Part shown: piece after piece, positions 63,642 to 64,000 of the stretch
Layout of the letters: each line of letters opens with the position of its first letter
Position numbering within the stretch: position 1 is the stretch's first letter
Assembly (NCBI RefSeq): GCF_018350175.1
Contig: NC_058368.1
Location: 51,709,815 to 51,773,814 of the forward strand
Direction of reading: 5' to 3'
Origin: Felis catus
Taxonomy: Eukaryota
Length of the DNA: 64,000 nt
Position numbers and translations under genes: made by a program
The notes under the pieces: generated by a model
The model's input: only the letters and a program-made list of their open reading frames with translations
The model's database searches: none
What the model was told of the DNA's origin: nothing

Positions 63642-64000
63642 GGAGCGGTTGTAATGCTTACTGTTGTGTTATTTTTTTGAGTACTCAAATGTGAAAATAG
63701 AATCCTGGAATATTTTTTCTCTGACTCTGGAATTTAAATCTCACATACTTCATTTAGGCAAAAATCAACAAGAGGTAAAAAAAAAAAAACCCACATCAAC
63801 AAGGGGGTGTTCTGGGGTAGAATAGTTGGTTCTTTCAGGTTGTTTCATTTTGCATAAAAAAAGTCCACACATTTTTTTTTTGTTGCTGCTTTTAGCCTGG
63901 GTATATACATTCTCAGATATCTGGATAAAAGTAAAATCTTAAGTCAACATCTAGTTGCTTCAAAATACCTGTATCTGTGATGTTGTATACATGCAACCTC

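Noticed and set aside
63758..63774. 17-nt micro-exon-like segment tag|GCAAAAATCAACAAGAG|gtaaaa
   Set aside because: Not a multiple of 3, weak donor, and too short to distinguish from chance.
1..64000. Prokaryote-type systems (CRISPR arrays, operons, IS elements) or foreign inserts
   Set aside because: No regularly spaced direct repeats, long ORFs or compositionally foreign block. The window is consistent with mammalian intron-exon DNA throughout.

Overview
AT-rich mammalian genomic DNA from a felid, judged by the many tRNA-derived carnivore SINEs including the young SINEC_Fc type. Nearly the whole window is the + strand of SCEL (sciellin, an epithelial cornified-envelope precursor), from the first coding exon (ATG at 8873) into the array of 60-nt repeat exons. 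The non-coding first exon and the C-terminal LIM domain are not in the window. I reconstructed the exons by hand from splice signals and from my recollection of human sciellin. The translation begins MSNFTLRKMSPTGND-MKSTTQGTTLRQQGFHEVNKRRNFLQDNSWIKNRPEEEK-DENYGRVVLSRHNSHDALDR and continues through QSWFPPPPPG, PPIPPKP, SQDLENIVKVA and KQDFNGFIKANPETNKNIKR. Main oddities: (1) the expected donor of the start-codon exon reads AT instead of GT; (2) the repeat array shows exon turnover, with one exon whose donor is broken (58705-58764), one apparently extra intact exon (55506-55565) and one decayed exon (63582-63641); (3) a candidate TATA-containing internal promoter and first exon near 11.3-11.5 kb. 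Introns hold ordinary SINE, L1, L2, MLT and DNA-transposon relics plus microsatellites. The supplied ORF track is essentially noise, apart from partial overlaps with real exons. Exon numbers assume one upstream non-coding exon. No database searches were run.
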